A stretch of DNA of 64,000 nucleotides from Leptospira sp. (GTDB taxonomy: Bacteria; Spirochaetota; Leptospiria; Leptospirales; Leptospiraceae). The translations under genes and the position numbers were made by a program. The notes under the pieces were generated by a model. That model did not search any database and was not told the DNA's origin. It saw only the letters and a list, made by a program, of their open reading frames with translations. Below are positions 9,974-20,012 of this stretch, in pieces. The stretch lies in contig JAWXAQ010000012.1 of assembly GCA_034439575.1 (NCBI GenBank), forward strand, positions 128,001 through 192,000. The letters are read 5' to 3'. The number at the start of each line of letters is the position of its first letter. Position 1 is the first letter of the stretch.

Positions 9974-10696
9974 TCAGGTATCGGAGTTTTTAGAAAATCC
10001 CTTAAGCGTTTTTTTTCTATGGTTGAGAAGAAAAACAAATTCTCCCTTGGCATTGGGCGGATTATTAGCTAAATCTGCCGGATTTGGGTAATATCTCAGT
10101 TCTTCGAAGGACTTAGTCAATTCTCGCCCCACAAGCACTTCGGTATTCGGGTAAAGCTCTAAAAGCAAAGGATAGAGCCTAGGCAATTTATGTACAGATT
10201 CGTAAAAAACAATAAGACCATCTATTTTTGTTGCCTCCTCTAATTCTTTTCGTTTTTTCGAAGGCTTTTCTGAAAGAAATCCTAAAAAAAGTGTAGGATT
10301 TACTTGAAATCCGCAAACTGATAGAATGGCGCTCAAGGCAGATGCCCCTGGAATCGGGACTATGGAAAATCCATTTTCCCTGACCACACGAACTACATGA
10401 GATCCAGGGTCAGATATCCCAGGTGTGCCTGCATCGGATACGAGAGCATATGACTTTCCCTCTTTTAAACCAGTGATCAGAGAATGGTAAGGTGTTTCCG
10501 AGGAATCCTTATATAAAGGCCAAGTTTGTTTCGAAATAGATAATTTTTGCAATAAACTACGCGTTTCACCTGCTGATTCACAAAGTATGGCATCCACAGA
10601 TGCTAAAATTTCTTTGGCACGGTCTGTCGTATCCCCTACATTTCCTATGGGAGTGGCAACAACGTAGAGTTTGCCTGGTTCAGATTTATGGGCCAA
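9974..10696 (-). CDS. rsmI: 16S rRNA C1402 2'-O-methyltransferase
   Basis: LYVVATPIGN, LVSDAGTPGISDPG, PIPGASA, VFYES, RELTKSFEE, KGEF. Confidence 0.95.
   Translation of the reverse strand: MAHKSEPGKLYVVATPIGNVGDTTDRAKEILASVDAILCESAGETRSLLQKLSISKQTWPLYKDSSETPYHSLITGLKEGKSYALVSDAGTPGISDPGSHVVRVVRENGFSIVPIPGASALSAILSVCGFQVNPTLFLGFLSEKPSKKRKELEEATKIDGLIVFYESVHKLPRLYPLLLELYPNTEVLVGRELTKSFEELRYYPNPADLANNPPNAKGEFVFLLNHRKKTLKGFSKNSDT
9978..10004 (-). promoter_or_regulatory. Sigma28 (FliA)-type promoter for flgM, inside the 3' end of rsmI
   Basis: Minus strand TAAG-N15-TCCGATAC versus consensus TAAA-N15-GCCGATAA, 25 nt before the flgM ATG. Confidence 0.75.
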
Positions 10697-11447
10697 TGAA
10701 TTGGCATCCTATTTGTTTCACACCTGATGGGCAAGGGCAACCAAGTGCTTCTTTCCCTGCTTGGAGGCATGGATTGCATGCGGTTCCCACAGGACAACTG
10801 GCAGGGCTTGCACAATTGGCCACAGAACAGGTCGTAGAATTACAGCCAGTACCGACTTGGCAAAGTGATAATGGGGCAATGCCAACGCCTGCGCCTTCTG
10901 CTTCATATCCGCCCGCACAGACAGACACAGGAGCCGAAGGATTAGATATGAGACCATTGGCAAGAAAGGCCCGCATCGTAAAGTTGTAAACCTGGCATTT
11001 TTGGAACGGATATGTGCCTGGGGGAGGCACTTGGTAACGGATTCGTTTGGTGATGATATTTCGTGAATCTGTAGAATTCTGAAAGGGCAGGTGCGGAAAA
11101 CTAGGCTGAACCCCATCTTCTAGCCATTCGCCACTTACTGTTTGAATGATCGAGGGAGTTGCCGTCGTGACATATAAATTATAACCCAAGAATTGAGATT
11201 CTCTATTGGTTACATAATAACGGATCAAAAATTCAGGTCTTGGACTGATCGTATAATCAGTGACATTTGTTTGGAAATTGTCAGTTATGTTGTTATTTAC
11301 AGCAACCACGGTCAAAATTTGGGGAACCCCCGCTGGCACCAAAAATATAAAAGGTGCAACGGGTGTATCGGTATTCGTTCCACATTGAAAAAGTGAGAGA
11401 AAAGAAAGGCCGATCAGATAGATTGGATGAAGGAGGGTTCGCCGCAT
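10686..11447 (-). CDS. Putative lipoprotein with Cys-rich C-terminus
   Basis: Signal peptide ending LSLFQC; Cys-dense tail; GGGAGG before MRRTLL. Confidence 0.75.
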   Translation of the reverse strand: MRRTLLHPIYLIGLSFLSLFQCGTNTDTPVAPFIFLVPAGVPQILTVVAVNNNITDNFQTNVTDYTISPRPEFLIRYYVTNRESQFLGYNLYVTTATPSIIQTVSGEWLEDGVQPSFPHLPFQNSTDSRNIITKRIRYQVPPPGTYPFQKCQVYNFTMRAFLANGLISNPSAPVSVCAGGYEAEGAGVGIAPLSLCQVGTGCNSTTCSVANCASPASCPVGTACNPCLQAGKEALGCPCPSGVKQIGCQFIGP

Positions 11448-11487
11448 TGAAAAAAGCTTCCCTCCCAAGATTTTAGGAATTCAATCT

Positions 11488-12186
11488 ATGGGAATCCAAA
11501 AAAAAATACTATTTAGCGCTTTGGCGCTCTTAACCTTATTTTTTATCATCCTTCTCCTCACCTTTACTGGCGGGTCAGAGGAAGAAAAAAGAAAAAAAGA
11601 CAAAAATTCGAAGGCTCTTTCTTACCTTTTACAAGGTGGATCAGGAGAAAAAAATCGCAATAACCCGCTTGGTGTGCGAGATGAAAATGCTGATTCTATT
11701 TTTGACTCTGATTATTTTAAATCAGGTGCCATGAAATATGAAGAGGAAGTGGCATCTGCATCAAGTGGCCAAGAAGGGGAAATTCCGATCAATCCTGCGA
11801 CTGGAAAACCTTACCCACCAGAAGCAATGGAATCTTTCGATGAACTTCGTGAGTTATTTCCAGACAATGATTTAATCCCAAAGCGTTTGACTCCTGAATT
11901 AAAAGCAAAACAAGAACAATTCTCTCAAAAACTAACGCAAGCCACAAATACAGTGTTTGGTGGTAGTGCCACAGCACCTGACATTCAATTTTATTATAAT
12001 CATGTGAAAAAGCAAGGCAATGATCGTATGGAAATCATTAATTATTTGATTGAAAGCCAAGGTGGGGATGATCCTGAAATGGATAAAAAATTTCAGGAAA
12101 TCTTAACGAATATCAAATACCAAAATGACCAAGTGGATAAGGAAATGGCGCAAGCCTACCAACGAGCAGGTCTACCCCCTCCTTAA
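11488..12186 (+). CDS. Membrane-anchored hypothetical protein
   Basis: 232-aa ORF, one N-terminal TM helix, helical C-terminus. Confidence 0.75.
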   Translation: MGIQKKILFSALALLTLFFIILLLTFTGGSEEEKRKKDKNSKALSYLLQGGSGEKNRNNPLGVRDENADSIFDSDYFKSGAMKYEEEVASASSGQEGEIPINPATGKPYPPEAMESFDELRELFPDNDLIPKRLTPELKAKQEQFSQKLTQATNTVFGGSATAPDIQFYYNHVKKQGNDRMEIINYLIESQGGDDPEMDKKFQEILTNIKYQNDQVDKEMAQAYQRAGLPPP

Positions 12187-12188
12187 AT

Positions 12189-14135
12189 TCAAAATCCTCC
12201 CGATAGGATCGGATAACGGTAGCTAGTTTTGGGATCTAAGCCATAAGTATCTAAGTGGAATGAGGGAGGGAGCCTTTCTCGTTTCCACTGAGATGCACCA
12301 AACAAACGTATGAATTTGTTGACTTGAAATTCTAAATAACTTTCTTCTAAGTCTGGAAAATCTATATGAAGACGAAGCAAACATTCTTCTTTGTCGATAC
12401 CTATTGCCACAAAGTAAAATTCTATTTTTTGTAATAAAGGGTAGGGCATTAAGTCTTTTTCATCTTCTTGTTTTTCAGAAAGGGGTCTTAATTCAGCGGT
12501 AGGTTTAGTTTCACGAAGTAACCTCAAACTTTCTTTATGGCTTATGTATTTATTTTTGCCTGCTTGTATGTCATCGATCCAGGCGAGTAAAAATTCTTTA
12601 CTTACCCCACTGATAGGACAAATAGAGCCTGACGCGTCCCCGTCCATTGTCGTATAACCAACGCTTGCTTCACTTCTGTTTCCAGTAGATAATAAAAGAT
12701 GCGAATTTAGATTGGCAAGTAACCAAATCAGTGGAGACCTAACTCTTGCTTGAATGTTTTGTAAAGCTAAGTCATCTGTTTCCCAGTTTAATTTTCGATT
12801 TTGGGTGGATTCAATTAGCGAAACAGCAAGTGATACAGAACTATCAATGCTGATATTGTGATGTTCGGTATTTAACTCTTGAGTGAGTAAGGTAGCAATT
12901 TCTTCTGTGATGTTTGAATTGTTTTCTGTCTTTTGGTAAAGGGTGACTAGAATTTTATTTTCTTTTATTCCTAATGACTCAAATGAATTCTCACCAAATT
13001 CTTGTTTTACGAATCTTTTCATGGAATCTACAAGCAGTGCGCAAGCAGCACTATCTGCACCACCAGATAAGGATAAAGTATAACCTTTGGTTTTAGATTT
13101 TATCAAATAATCATATAATCCGAGAGATACTGCCTTGGTAAAATCTTCATAGAGTGATTGGGGGGCCGGTATTGAAGAAAGGTTTTGTTTCCCGTTTTTT
13201 ACACGCATGTCCAAAATTTTTAAACCAGGGATCTCTTCTGGAATTCGAATGACCGGAATCTGTGTTAGGCTGTGGCTACTCGGCAAACTTCTTTTTTCTT
13301 TGGCTCGCAATGATCGAATTTCAGAGATGGACACGTTTTGTGAAATGATCGAATAGGGAGAAAAAAATAGGCGTTGTCCTTCTTTTGTGACTTCACCCCG
13401 ATTACAAAAAAATGCGCCACCTTCGTAAATCGCACGCCCTGATTCATTGCCACATAAATTTGTAAATACAGTCACAATTTGGTTTGTGCGGCTAGTTTCT
13501 TGGAAGATACGAAATCGCACTTCTCTTTTTCCCATGGAAAAATGAGAAGCACCTGGTGAGAATAAAATATCTAAGCCTTGTTCAGCGTATTGGTGAGAGG
13601 CACGTTTTGTCACCCACGAATCTTCACAAATTTCTATGGCAAACCTAACTCCTAATTTTTCAAAAATAAAATGCCCAAATGGTATAGGTTTAATGGAATT
13701 TCCATTAGGTGTCGAAATCGGATAATACGTATCTGAAATAAATTCATGTGTTGATTGAAACCATCTTTTTTCATAATGTATTCCCGTGTTTGCTAGATTA
13801 AGCTTGGGAACTAGCCCAATGATTTCTGAATTTGAAATGACAGCAGAACAGTTGTACAATGAAGATCCATGAAAGATCGGTAAACCCACAATGACAGTCT
13901 TGTTTTTGCTAAAGGGAAGAATTTTAGTTAAGGATGCCCATGATCTTTGCCATACAGATTCTTTATAAAATGCATCTTCACAACCATAACCTGATATACA
14001 CAACTCAGGAAAAAGCACCATATCTGCGGATAACACTTCATCGGATTTGAGTGCCTCAATGATTAGATTTGTATTTCCTGAAAAATCAAGTGGAGTTGTG
14101 TTGAGTGAGACAGCAGAAATATTAATTGAGAGCAT
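12189..14135 (-). CDS. nadE: Glutamine-dependent NAD+ synthetase
   Basis: Nitrilase domain (FPELCISGY, EICEDSW) plus synthetase (LSGGADS, QNIQARVR, TGNRSE, PTAELRP, QWKR). Confidence 0.96.
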   Translation of the reverse strand: MLSINISAVSLNTTPLDFSGNTNLIIEALKSDEVLSADMVLFPELCISGYGCEDAFYKESVWQRSWASLTKILPFSKNKTVIVGLPIFHGSSLYNCSAVISNSEIIGLVPKLNLANTGIHYEKRWFQSTHEFISDTYYPISTPNGNSIKPIPFGHFIFEKLGVRFAIEICEDSWVTKRASHQYAEQGLDILFSPGASHFSMGKREVRFRIFQETSRTNQIVTVFTNLCGNESGRAIYEGGAFFCNRGEVTKEGQRLFFSPYSIISQNVSISEIRSLRAKEKRSLPSSHSLTQIPVIRIPEEIPGLKILDMRVKNGKQNLSSIPAPQSLYEDFTKAVSLGLYDYLIKSKTKGYTLSLSGGADSAACALLVDSMKRFVKQEFGENSFESLGIKENKILVTLYQKTENNSNITEEIATLLTQELNTEHHNISIDSSVSLAVSLIESTQNRKLNWETDDLALQNIQARVRSPLIWLLANLNSHLLLSTGNRSEASVGYTTMDGDASGSICPISGVSKEFLLAWIDDIQAGKNKYISHKESLRLLRETKPTAELRPLSEKQEDEKDLMPYPLLQKIEFYFVAIGIDKEECLLRLHIDFPDLEESYLEFQVNKFIRLFGASQWKRERLPPSFHLDTYGLDPKTSYRYPILSGGF

Positions 14136-15420
14136 CGGAAAAGACCTTTAGGTAAATCCTTAGCGATGCCCCCATATTATCCAGCACAAACTTTCGATTT
14201 TTCTCCCCAATTTGTCGTGTTTTATCCATCGAAGATAAAAGCTCAATCAAATGGTTGTTATATTCTTCATTATTTTGTGCAATAAATACGCCACCTAATT
14301 TATGCATTACGATGGCTTCGGGAGAACTAAATATTTTGGGGCCACATAGAATTGGTAATCCAAAGGCAGCAGGTTCTATTGTATTGTGGATTCTATGATG
14401 GAACCCTCCGCCGATGTAGGCGAATAGTGCATATTTATACGCGAAGGCAAGGATTCCCATTTCATCAAAAAGAATAAATCTTGGGAAGGTTTGATTTTTA
14501 TCTGTAAGTATTTGAGAGTATGTTTTTACAGAACCAAACTTAGAAAGTTTTGTGATAAGAGACTCTGCTCTTAGCGTATCCCATTTGTGTGGGAAGATCC
14601 AAAATTGAGTCTCTAAGTATGTTTCACTCTCCTTTGATTCCAAAAATTGTAAAAAATAAGATTCGCAAATGGGATATGTCGAACCAAGCAACATAATTTT
14701 TGCACTTTTTAAATCAGTAGAGTAACGAGATTCAAAAGTGGAAAAGGAAATTGGTGGAGTTCCCGAATTGATTCGGTTTAAGACAGTATCAAACCTAGTA
14801 TCACCTAATGCGGATAATACTTTACTTTTTCCTACCAAGTCTTGAAATAGTGGCAATAATATTTCATGGGAAACATATATTCCATCAAAATAAGAAAAAA
14901 TTTTAGATGTAAATTTTTTAGCAAATCCTTTGATGCGTCCTGAATTTGCTGAGAGAGTGGCACAAGCAAGGTAGACTTTGGCCCCAAATTTTTTCCAATT
15001 ACGAATTAGATTTGGCCAAGTGTCCCAGGCTAATATCACACAAATATCAGGCTTATATTTTTTTAGAATTTCAGAATAAGCAAAAGGGAAATCAAAAGGT
15101 AGAATGAATGTTAAGTCAAAATTTTGATCCGATAAATGTTTCTCTGTTACACTATCCGAATAGTAAGATTGGATGATAAAATTATCAGTAGATTTTTCTT
15201 TAATCACTTTTGCCAGAGCTCGTGCTTGGTCGAGTTCACCAACAGAGGCGGAATGAAGCCAGATAACTTTCTTTTTGCCTTTTTCAAAATGGAGGGCTAG
15301 TATTCTTTTTTTGTCTAATTTTCGTTTGGTGACAATTCTCTTTAGTTTTGGGATAATTAAATATAAAAAATAGAATAAGGGAAATAATATAAAAAGAAGT
15401 AAGTTATAAAAAAAATACAT
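14122..15420 (-). CDS. waaA: Kdo transferase (3-deoxy-D-manno-octulosonic acid transferase)
   Basis: IWLHSASVGE, LPFD, GDTRFD, YIGGGF, HNTIEPAAFG. Confidence 0.9.
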   Translation of the reverse strand: MYFFYNLLLFILFPLFYFLYLIIPKLKRIVTKRKLDKKRILALHFEKGKKKVIWLHSASVGELDQARALAKVIKEKSTDNFIIQSYYSDSVTEKHLSDQNFDLTFILPFDFPFAYSEILKKYKPDICVILAWDTWPNLIRNWKKFGAKVYLACATLSANSGRIKGFAKKFTSKIFSYFDGIYVSHEILLPLFQDLVGKSKVLSALGDTRFDTVLNRINSGTPPISFSTFESRYSTDLKSAKIMLLGSTYPICESYFLQFLESKESETYLETQFWIFPHKWDTLRAESLITKLSKFGSVKTYSQILTDKNQTFPRFILFDEMGILAFAYKYALFAYIGGGFHHRIHNTIEPAAFGLPILCGPKIFSSPEAIVMHKLGGVFIAQNNEEYNNHLIELLSSMDKTRQIGEKNRKFVLDNMGASLRIYLKVFSDALN

Positions 15421-15422
15421 CT

Positions 15423-16178
15423 TTAATTTTTTTTGCCCCAGTTGTCTTGGATGTCAGCACCTGGATAAGTAAATGTAGAAGTATCCAATAAAAATGTTAA
15501 ATTATCAAAATACAAATGGAAGGCACCTTTTTTTTGTGTGGGTCTTGTTGCTAAATGAAATCCTTTTACAGAAATGGGAATCGATAACGATTGAATGAGT
15601 TTCGCATTTAAGTGCGGTAAGTTGATCGGTACTTCGAGTCTCCTCCAACCAAAAAAGTTAAGGAGTCCTAAGGGAAGATGTATGTCTTTGGATTTTTTTT
15701 GGGAAACCAATAAATCCAATGTGATATGATGGCCTTCCGAAAAAACCCAAATGGTCGCTTGGATGGGCAATCCAACAGGCAATAACAAAGGTTCGTTTGG
15801 ACGAATGTCCCAATGATCAAGTTTGGGATTTTCAACATAAGTTTGAATTAAAAAAGAATTTTGGTATTGGATATTTGGATAACCATTGTTACGGTATAAT
15901 TCTTTTTCTGAAGGGATGGCGGATGAGTTTGGGATACTTGCCGCGAATTCAGTATGATTTAAAAAAGAATCCGAACGATAAAAACTCCAAGGCCTTCCTC
16001 CTTCAAAATCTTCTGCTAAGAATAAGACATAATTTTTCTCTCTTTCTAGTGTTTTTTGAAGGATAGCAATTCGTCCTTCTTCGTCCAGGTCTGTGGGACG
16101 AGGAGCAGTTTGTATGTCCAGAATAATATGAAATGTAATTAAAAAAATAAGGAGTGATTTTTTTTTATCTGAGATCAT
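15423..16178 (-). CDS. FlaA-domain (flagellar sheath-like) protein
   Basis: EDFE, IWVFSEG, LGLLNFFGWRRLEV, LYFDNL, YPGADIQDNW typical of spirochaete FlaA-like domains; signal peptide. Confidence 0.7.
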   Translation of the reverse strand: MISDKKKSLLIFLITFHIILDIQTAPRPTDLDEEGRIAILQKTLEREKNYVLFLAEDFEGGRPWSFYRSDSFLNHTEFAASIPNSSAIPSEKELYRNNGYPNIQYQNSFLIQTYVENPKLDHWDIRPNEPLLLPVGLPIQATIWVFSEGHHITLDLLVSQKKSKDIHLPLGLLNFFGWRRLEVPINLPHLNAKLIQSLSIPISVKGFHLATRPTQKKGAFHLYFDNLTFLLDTSTFTYPGADIQDNWGKKN

Positions 16179-16256
16179 TTCTAAATTGCATAAGGACGAG
16201 AAGCTGCCATCCTCTTATTAGTAACGGTTATTTTAAAGAAGGGTAAAGTCTTTTCT

Positions 16257-16997
16257 ATGGGCAGACAGGACAATATAAAAATTTTCACAACAGCGCTTCT
16301 CGTAGTGCTACTATTATCTTCTTTTATTTTTGGGTTTGTTTACCGTAATGAAATCTACCAAAAGATTCAGGTAATGACAAAATCAAGTCCAATGAGTCCA
16401 GCGGAAAGAATCATCGAAAAAGAACCGGCATGGACGGCGCCCACAGAATTAAAAACTGACGAACTCACAAAAAAAGATCCATTAAGTAGCGAAACAGAAA
16501 AAAAGAATGAACGCGCCGACATACCAGCATTAGATGAGATGGAAGCTGATATCAATACTCCTGGTTCAAAATCTGTATCTGTGACAAATGTTCAATCAAA
16601 CAAAAAAGAAAAAAAAGAAACAGTCGATCCGATAGCTGAAACGAAAGAAATAATTAAAACTGACTTCACTAAAACAGAAAGTAAAAAATCGAACCTTAGT
16701 ACAAAATCGATTACAAAAAAACAAACGACGATAAAACAAAAAGTTAAAAAAGAAACAAATCGTCTTTCAAACCGAACAAATCTCAAAGTTAAAAAATCAA
16801 GTCCGATCAAAACAGCTAAATTAAAAACCAATGATGCAAACAAACAAACGAGCACTTCAAAATCAGATTCTAGTTTAGAAGCACGTATGCAAGCCATCGA
16901 ATCCAAGTTTGTATTGCAAAACCAAAAAAATGACACACGTTTTGCGGAGATTGAAAAACGAATTGATAAATTGGAAAAATCTTTGGGTTCAAATTAG
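16257..16997 (+). CDS. Membrane-anchored Lys/Ser/Thr-rich protein with C-terminal coiled coil
   Basis: N-terminal TM helix, low-complexity middle, heptad C-terminus; 2 nt from yggS. Confidence 0.7.
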   Translation: MGRQDNIKIFTTALLVVLLLSSFIFGFVYRNEIYQKIQVMTKSSPMSPAERIIEKEPAWTAPTELKTDELTKKDPLSSETEKKNERADIPALDEMEADINTPGSKSVSVTNVQSNKKEKKETVDPIAETKEIIKTDFTKTESKKSNLSTKSITKKQTTIKQKVKKETNRLSNRTNLKVKKSSPIKTAKLKTNDANKQTSTSKSDSSLEARMQAIESKFVLQNQKNDTRFAEIEKRIDKLEKSLGSN

Positions 16998-16999
16998 AA

Positions 17000-17689
17000 T
17001 TGCCTTCTTATGCCTCTACCTACTTCGGGATTGAAAATAATCTAAAAACCTCTTTTCCTGGAAGAGAATTTACTCTTATTGCCGTATCAAAAACAAAACC
17101 TTATGAAGTGATTCGCGAGGCCTATTTACAGGGCATTCGAGTGTTTGGTGAAAATTATATCCCCGAAGCCATTGAGAAATTTACTAAATTGCGAGAAGAA
17201 TTTCCTGAGGCAAAGGATACAGTTTTCCTACACCATATTGGCCCAACACAATCTGGAACCTTGCGGAAGTTATTTGGAGTATTCCAATTCACACATGGTG
17301 TTGGATCTTTTTCTACTTTAAAGGAACTATTGAAGAGGGCAAATAAAGAAAAAATTCAAATCGCATACTTTTTCCAAGTCAATATAACTTCCGAAGAGAC
17401 AAAACATGGATTATCCATCTCCGACTTAATCAACCAAAAAGGTGAAATGCAAACTTGGGAAAATGAATACTGTCGTTTCGAAGGTTTTATGGGAATGGGA
17501 CCAAGTGATGGCTCGGAAATCCAGACGAAAGAGGCATTTGCAAAATTGGCAAACTTAAGAGACGAACATTTTCCAAATAAAAAACTCTCGATGGGAATGA
17601 GTGGAGATTTTGAATGGGCGATGGAATTCCGTTCCGATTATTTGAGAATTGGTTCCTTAATTTTTGGAGATAGATCTTATGCTGGATAA
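17000..17689 (+). CDS. yggS: PLP homeostasis protein (YggS family)
   Basis: LIAVSKTK, FGENY, HHIGPTQS, LSMGMSGDF, RIGSLIFG; upstream of proC. Confidence 0.93.
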   Translation: MPSYASTYFGIENNLKTSFPGREFTLIAVSKTKPYEVIREAYLQGIRVFGENYIPEAIEKFTKLREEFPEAKDTVFLHHIGPTQSGTLRKLFGVFQFTHGVGSFSTLKELLKRANKEKIQIAYFFQVNITSEETKHGLSISDLINQKGEMQTWENEYCRFEGFMGMGPSDGSEIQTKEAFAKLANLRDEHFPNKKLSMGMSGDFEWAMEFRSDYLRIGSLIFGDRSYAG

Positions 17690-18461
17690 AGTAGGTGTTG
17701 TAGGGCTCGGGAAAATGGGTGCGGCGATCGCTATTGGCATTCATGCGATTACAAAAAAAACAGTTTCTGGTTATGATCCATTTGCCAAATCTCACTTACC
17801 AGGCGTTGATTATAAGGCGAGTTTACTTGCTTTAGAAGAAAGTGCTGATATAATTATTCTCGCTGTTAAACCGCATGATATCGCTAAGGTGATATCCGAA
17901 TTCCAAAAACCAAAAATTTTCCTATCCATTGCCGCTGGTATTCCTATATCTCTTATGCAAAGTGTCGCCCAAGAGGGAAGTCAAATTGTAAGACTGATGC
18001 CAAATCTTCCTCTTGTTGTCGGCCGAGGTGCGATCGGATATTATACAGAATCAAACTTACATGAATTAATTTTAGAATTATTTTCTGGACTAGGTACAGT
18101 TGTTCGTCTCGACAAAGAGTCGTTACTTGATGCAGTGACAGGTTTATCGGGATCTGGACCTGCCTATGTACTAACATTTTTACATGCATTAGCCGAAGGT
18201 GGATTGAAAGAAGGTCTTACCTATAATCAAAGTTTGGATTTGGCTATGGAAACAATGGCCGGAACTATAGAATACTTTCGTAAACTCAAAGAGACAGATA
18301 AAGACCTTCATCCTATGGAGATGCGCAATTGGGTGACTTCCCCTGGTGGCACAACCATTCATGGGCTGGATGCACTGGAGCGGGGTGGATTATCGACTGC
18401 AGTGAGAGATGCTGTGGCAAGTGCCACACTTCGAAGTAAGGAATTAGGAAAAAAGGGATGA
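17679..18461 (+). CDS. proC: Pyrroline-5-carboxylate reductase
   Basis: GLGKMG, LAVKP, SIAAG, RLMPN, TGLSGSGPAY, VTSPGGTT. Confidence 0.96.
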   Translation: MLDKVGVVGLGKMGAAIAIGIHAITKKTVSGYDPFAKSHLPGVDYKASLLALEESADIIILAVKPHDIAKVISEFQKPKIFLSIAAGIPISLMQSVAQEGSQIVRLMPNLPLVVGRGAIGYYTESNLHELILELFSGLGTVVRLDKESLLDAVTGLSGSGPAYVLTFLHALAEGGLKEGLTYNQSLDLAMETMAGTIEYFRKLKETDKDLHPMEMRNWVTSPGGTTIHGLDALERGGLSTAVRDAVASATLRSKELGKKG

Positions 18462-18467
18462 TGACGG

Positions 18468-18544
<77 letters not shown>

Positions 18545-18709
18545 AAATACCACATTCTACGAACCCCATTTATTGTCAATGTTTTATAGGATAAATCTTT
18601 CCTAATTATTGGGACCGCTTAAAATTTATACAAGTCCCTAAAATCTTACTTTACATCCCTTAGAAAGCAGTTCTTTCTATTCTCTGAATCAAGGTGCGGG
18701 CGGTGTTCT

Positions 18710-19765
18710 TTGTCCATTAAAGAAAATACAGACATAGTATTCGAACATTACGAAAAAAAAATTTATGACCAGAAGCAGCTGCTAGAGATTTCAAGGGCAT
18801 TAAACTCCACTCTTGATTACAAATATCTTATTGATGCCATTTTAAATATTTGCTTAGCACAGTTACAAACTTTACATGCAGCTATGTACTTAGAGCCAGA
18901 GATTGATTTGGGTCTATTTAAACTTGAGCCTCAGTCGACCAAAGGTTTTGAATTAACTCCAGAAGATCATAATTATGAAATAAAGATGGATACTTCACTC
19001 ATCCATTATTTTGAAGAAAAACCAAAAGCCATCACAATGACGCAGATTTTAAAAGTCGATAGCGTCAAAGATTCAAAAGATCTTGATTACTTGCGTAAGT
19101 TAGGTGCCGAAATATTGGTACCTTTGAATGCAAAGGGTAAAGTGAACGGATTACTTGTACTTGGTGAAAAAATGACTTCCGAAGAATTTTTGGAAGATGA
19201 AAAAGAATTTATGACAACGCTTGCTAATTTAGCAGGCATTGCTGTCGACAATGCAAGGTTATACGAACTTGCAACTGTTGATATGATGACTGGTTTAAAA
19301 ATTCACCATTATTTTCAAACAAAATTGAAAGAAGAGATGGATCGTTGCCGTAAAAAGGGAACAAAGTTATCATTACTTTTTACAGATATAGATAAGTTTA
19401 AAGTTTTTAATGATACCTATGGTCACCAAGCAGGTGACGTGGTATTGATTGAAGTCGCTAAACAATTGATAAATGCCGCTCTTAGACACCATATCCCGGC
19501 TAGATACGGTGGGGAAGAATTTTGCCTAGTGATGCCTGGAGCTTCAGAAGAGGAAGCCTTCGCAAAGGGTGAAGAAATTCGAAATGCAGTAGAAGCCATG
19601 GTTGTCAAAAATGATGGTGTGGATTTGAAAGTGACTTTATCCGTTGGGATATCGTCCTTTCGGCCGAGCGACAGAAACAATAAGGATCTGATAGAACGGG
19701 CAGACAAGGCACTGTATCAGGCAAAACATTCCGGGCGAAATCGAACAATTTGCTTTAAAGAATAA
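18710..19765 (+). CDS. GAF-GGDEF diguanylate cyclase
   Basis: GAF region (LVPL..GLLVLG..LAGIAVDNARLY), DIDKFKVFNDTYGH, RYGGEEF, ADKALYQAK..GRN. Confidence 0.93.
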   Translation: MSIKENTDIVFEHYEKKIYDQKQLLEISRALNSTLDYKYLIDAILNICLAQLQTLHAAMYLEPEIDLGLFKLEPQSTKGFELTPEDHNYEIKMDTSLIHYFEEKPKAITMTQILKVDSVKDSKDLDYLRKLGAEILVPLNAKGKVNGLLVLGEKMTSEEFLEDEKEFMTTLANLAGIAVDNARLYELATVDMMTGLKIHHYFQTKLKEEMDRCRKKGTKLSLLFTDIDKFKVFNDTYGHQAGDVVLIEVAKQLINAALRHHIPARYGGEEFCLVMPGASEEEAFAKGEEIRNAVEAMVVKNDGVDLKVTLSVGISSFRPSDRNNKDLIERADKALYQAKHSGRNRTICFKE

Positions 19766-19787
19766 GGTTTTTGCCGATGGAAATGGT

Positions 19788-20012
19788 ATGGCAGAAGCAA
19801 TTTCCATCTTACAGGTTTCCCCCGAAAATCAAAATACTGTTCTTGCGTCCATTCGCGACAGAGCACTGGGTCTACATTCCTTTAATTTTCAACCTTATTC
19901 TTGTTTTATTGAGTATAAATCAAGGGATCAAAAAACGGGTATCGAATACAGGGATTGTATTGTAGATTATACCCGATGCCCAAATCAGAATTGTATCAAA
20001 AAACTTGTTTAA
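19788..20012 (+). CDS. Small hypothetical protein (4 Cys)
   Basis: Fills the gap between the cyclase and the protease; start uncertain. Confidence 0.4.
   Translation: MAEAISILQVSPENQNTVLASIRDRALGLHSFNFQPYSCFIEYKSRDQKTGIEYRDCIVDYTRCPNQNCIKKLV

Noticed and set aside
16181-16243. Weak sigma28-like promoter and short uORF (MAASRPYAI) before the FlaA-like gene
   Set aside because: Poor match (TTTA-N15-ACCGTTAC), and the SD-like AAGAGG has zero spacing to the uORF ATG
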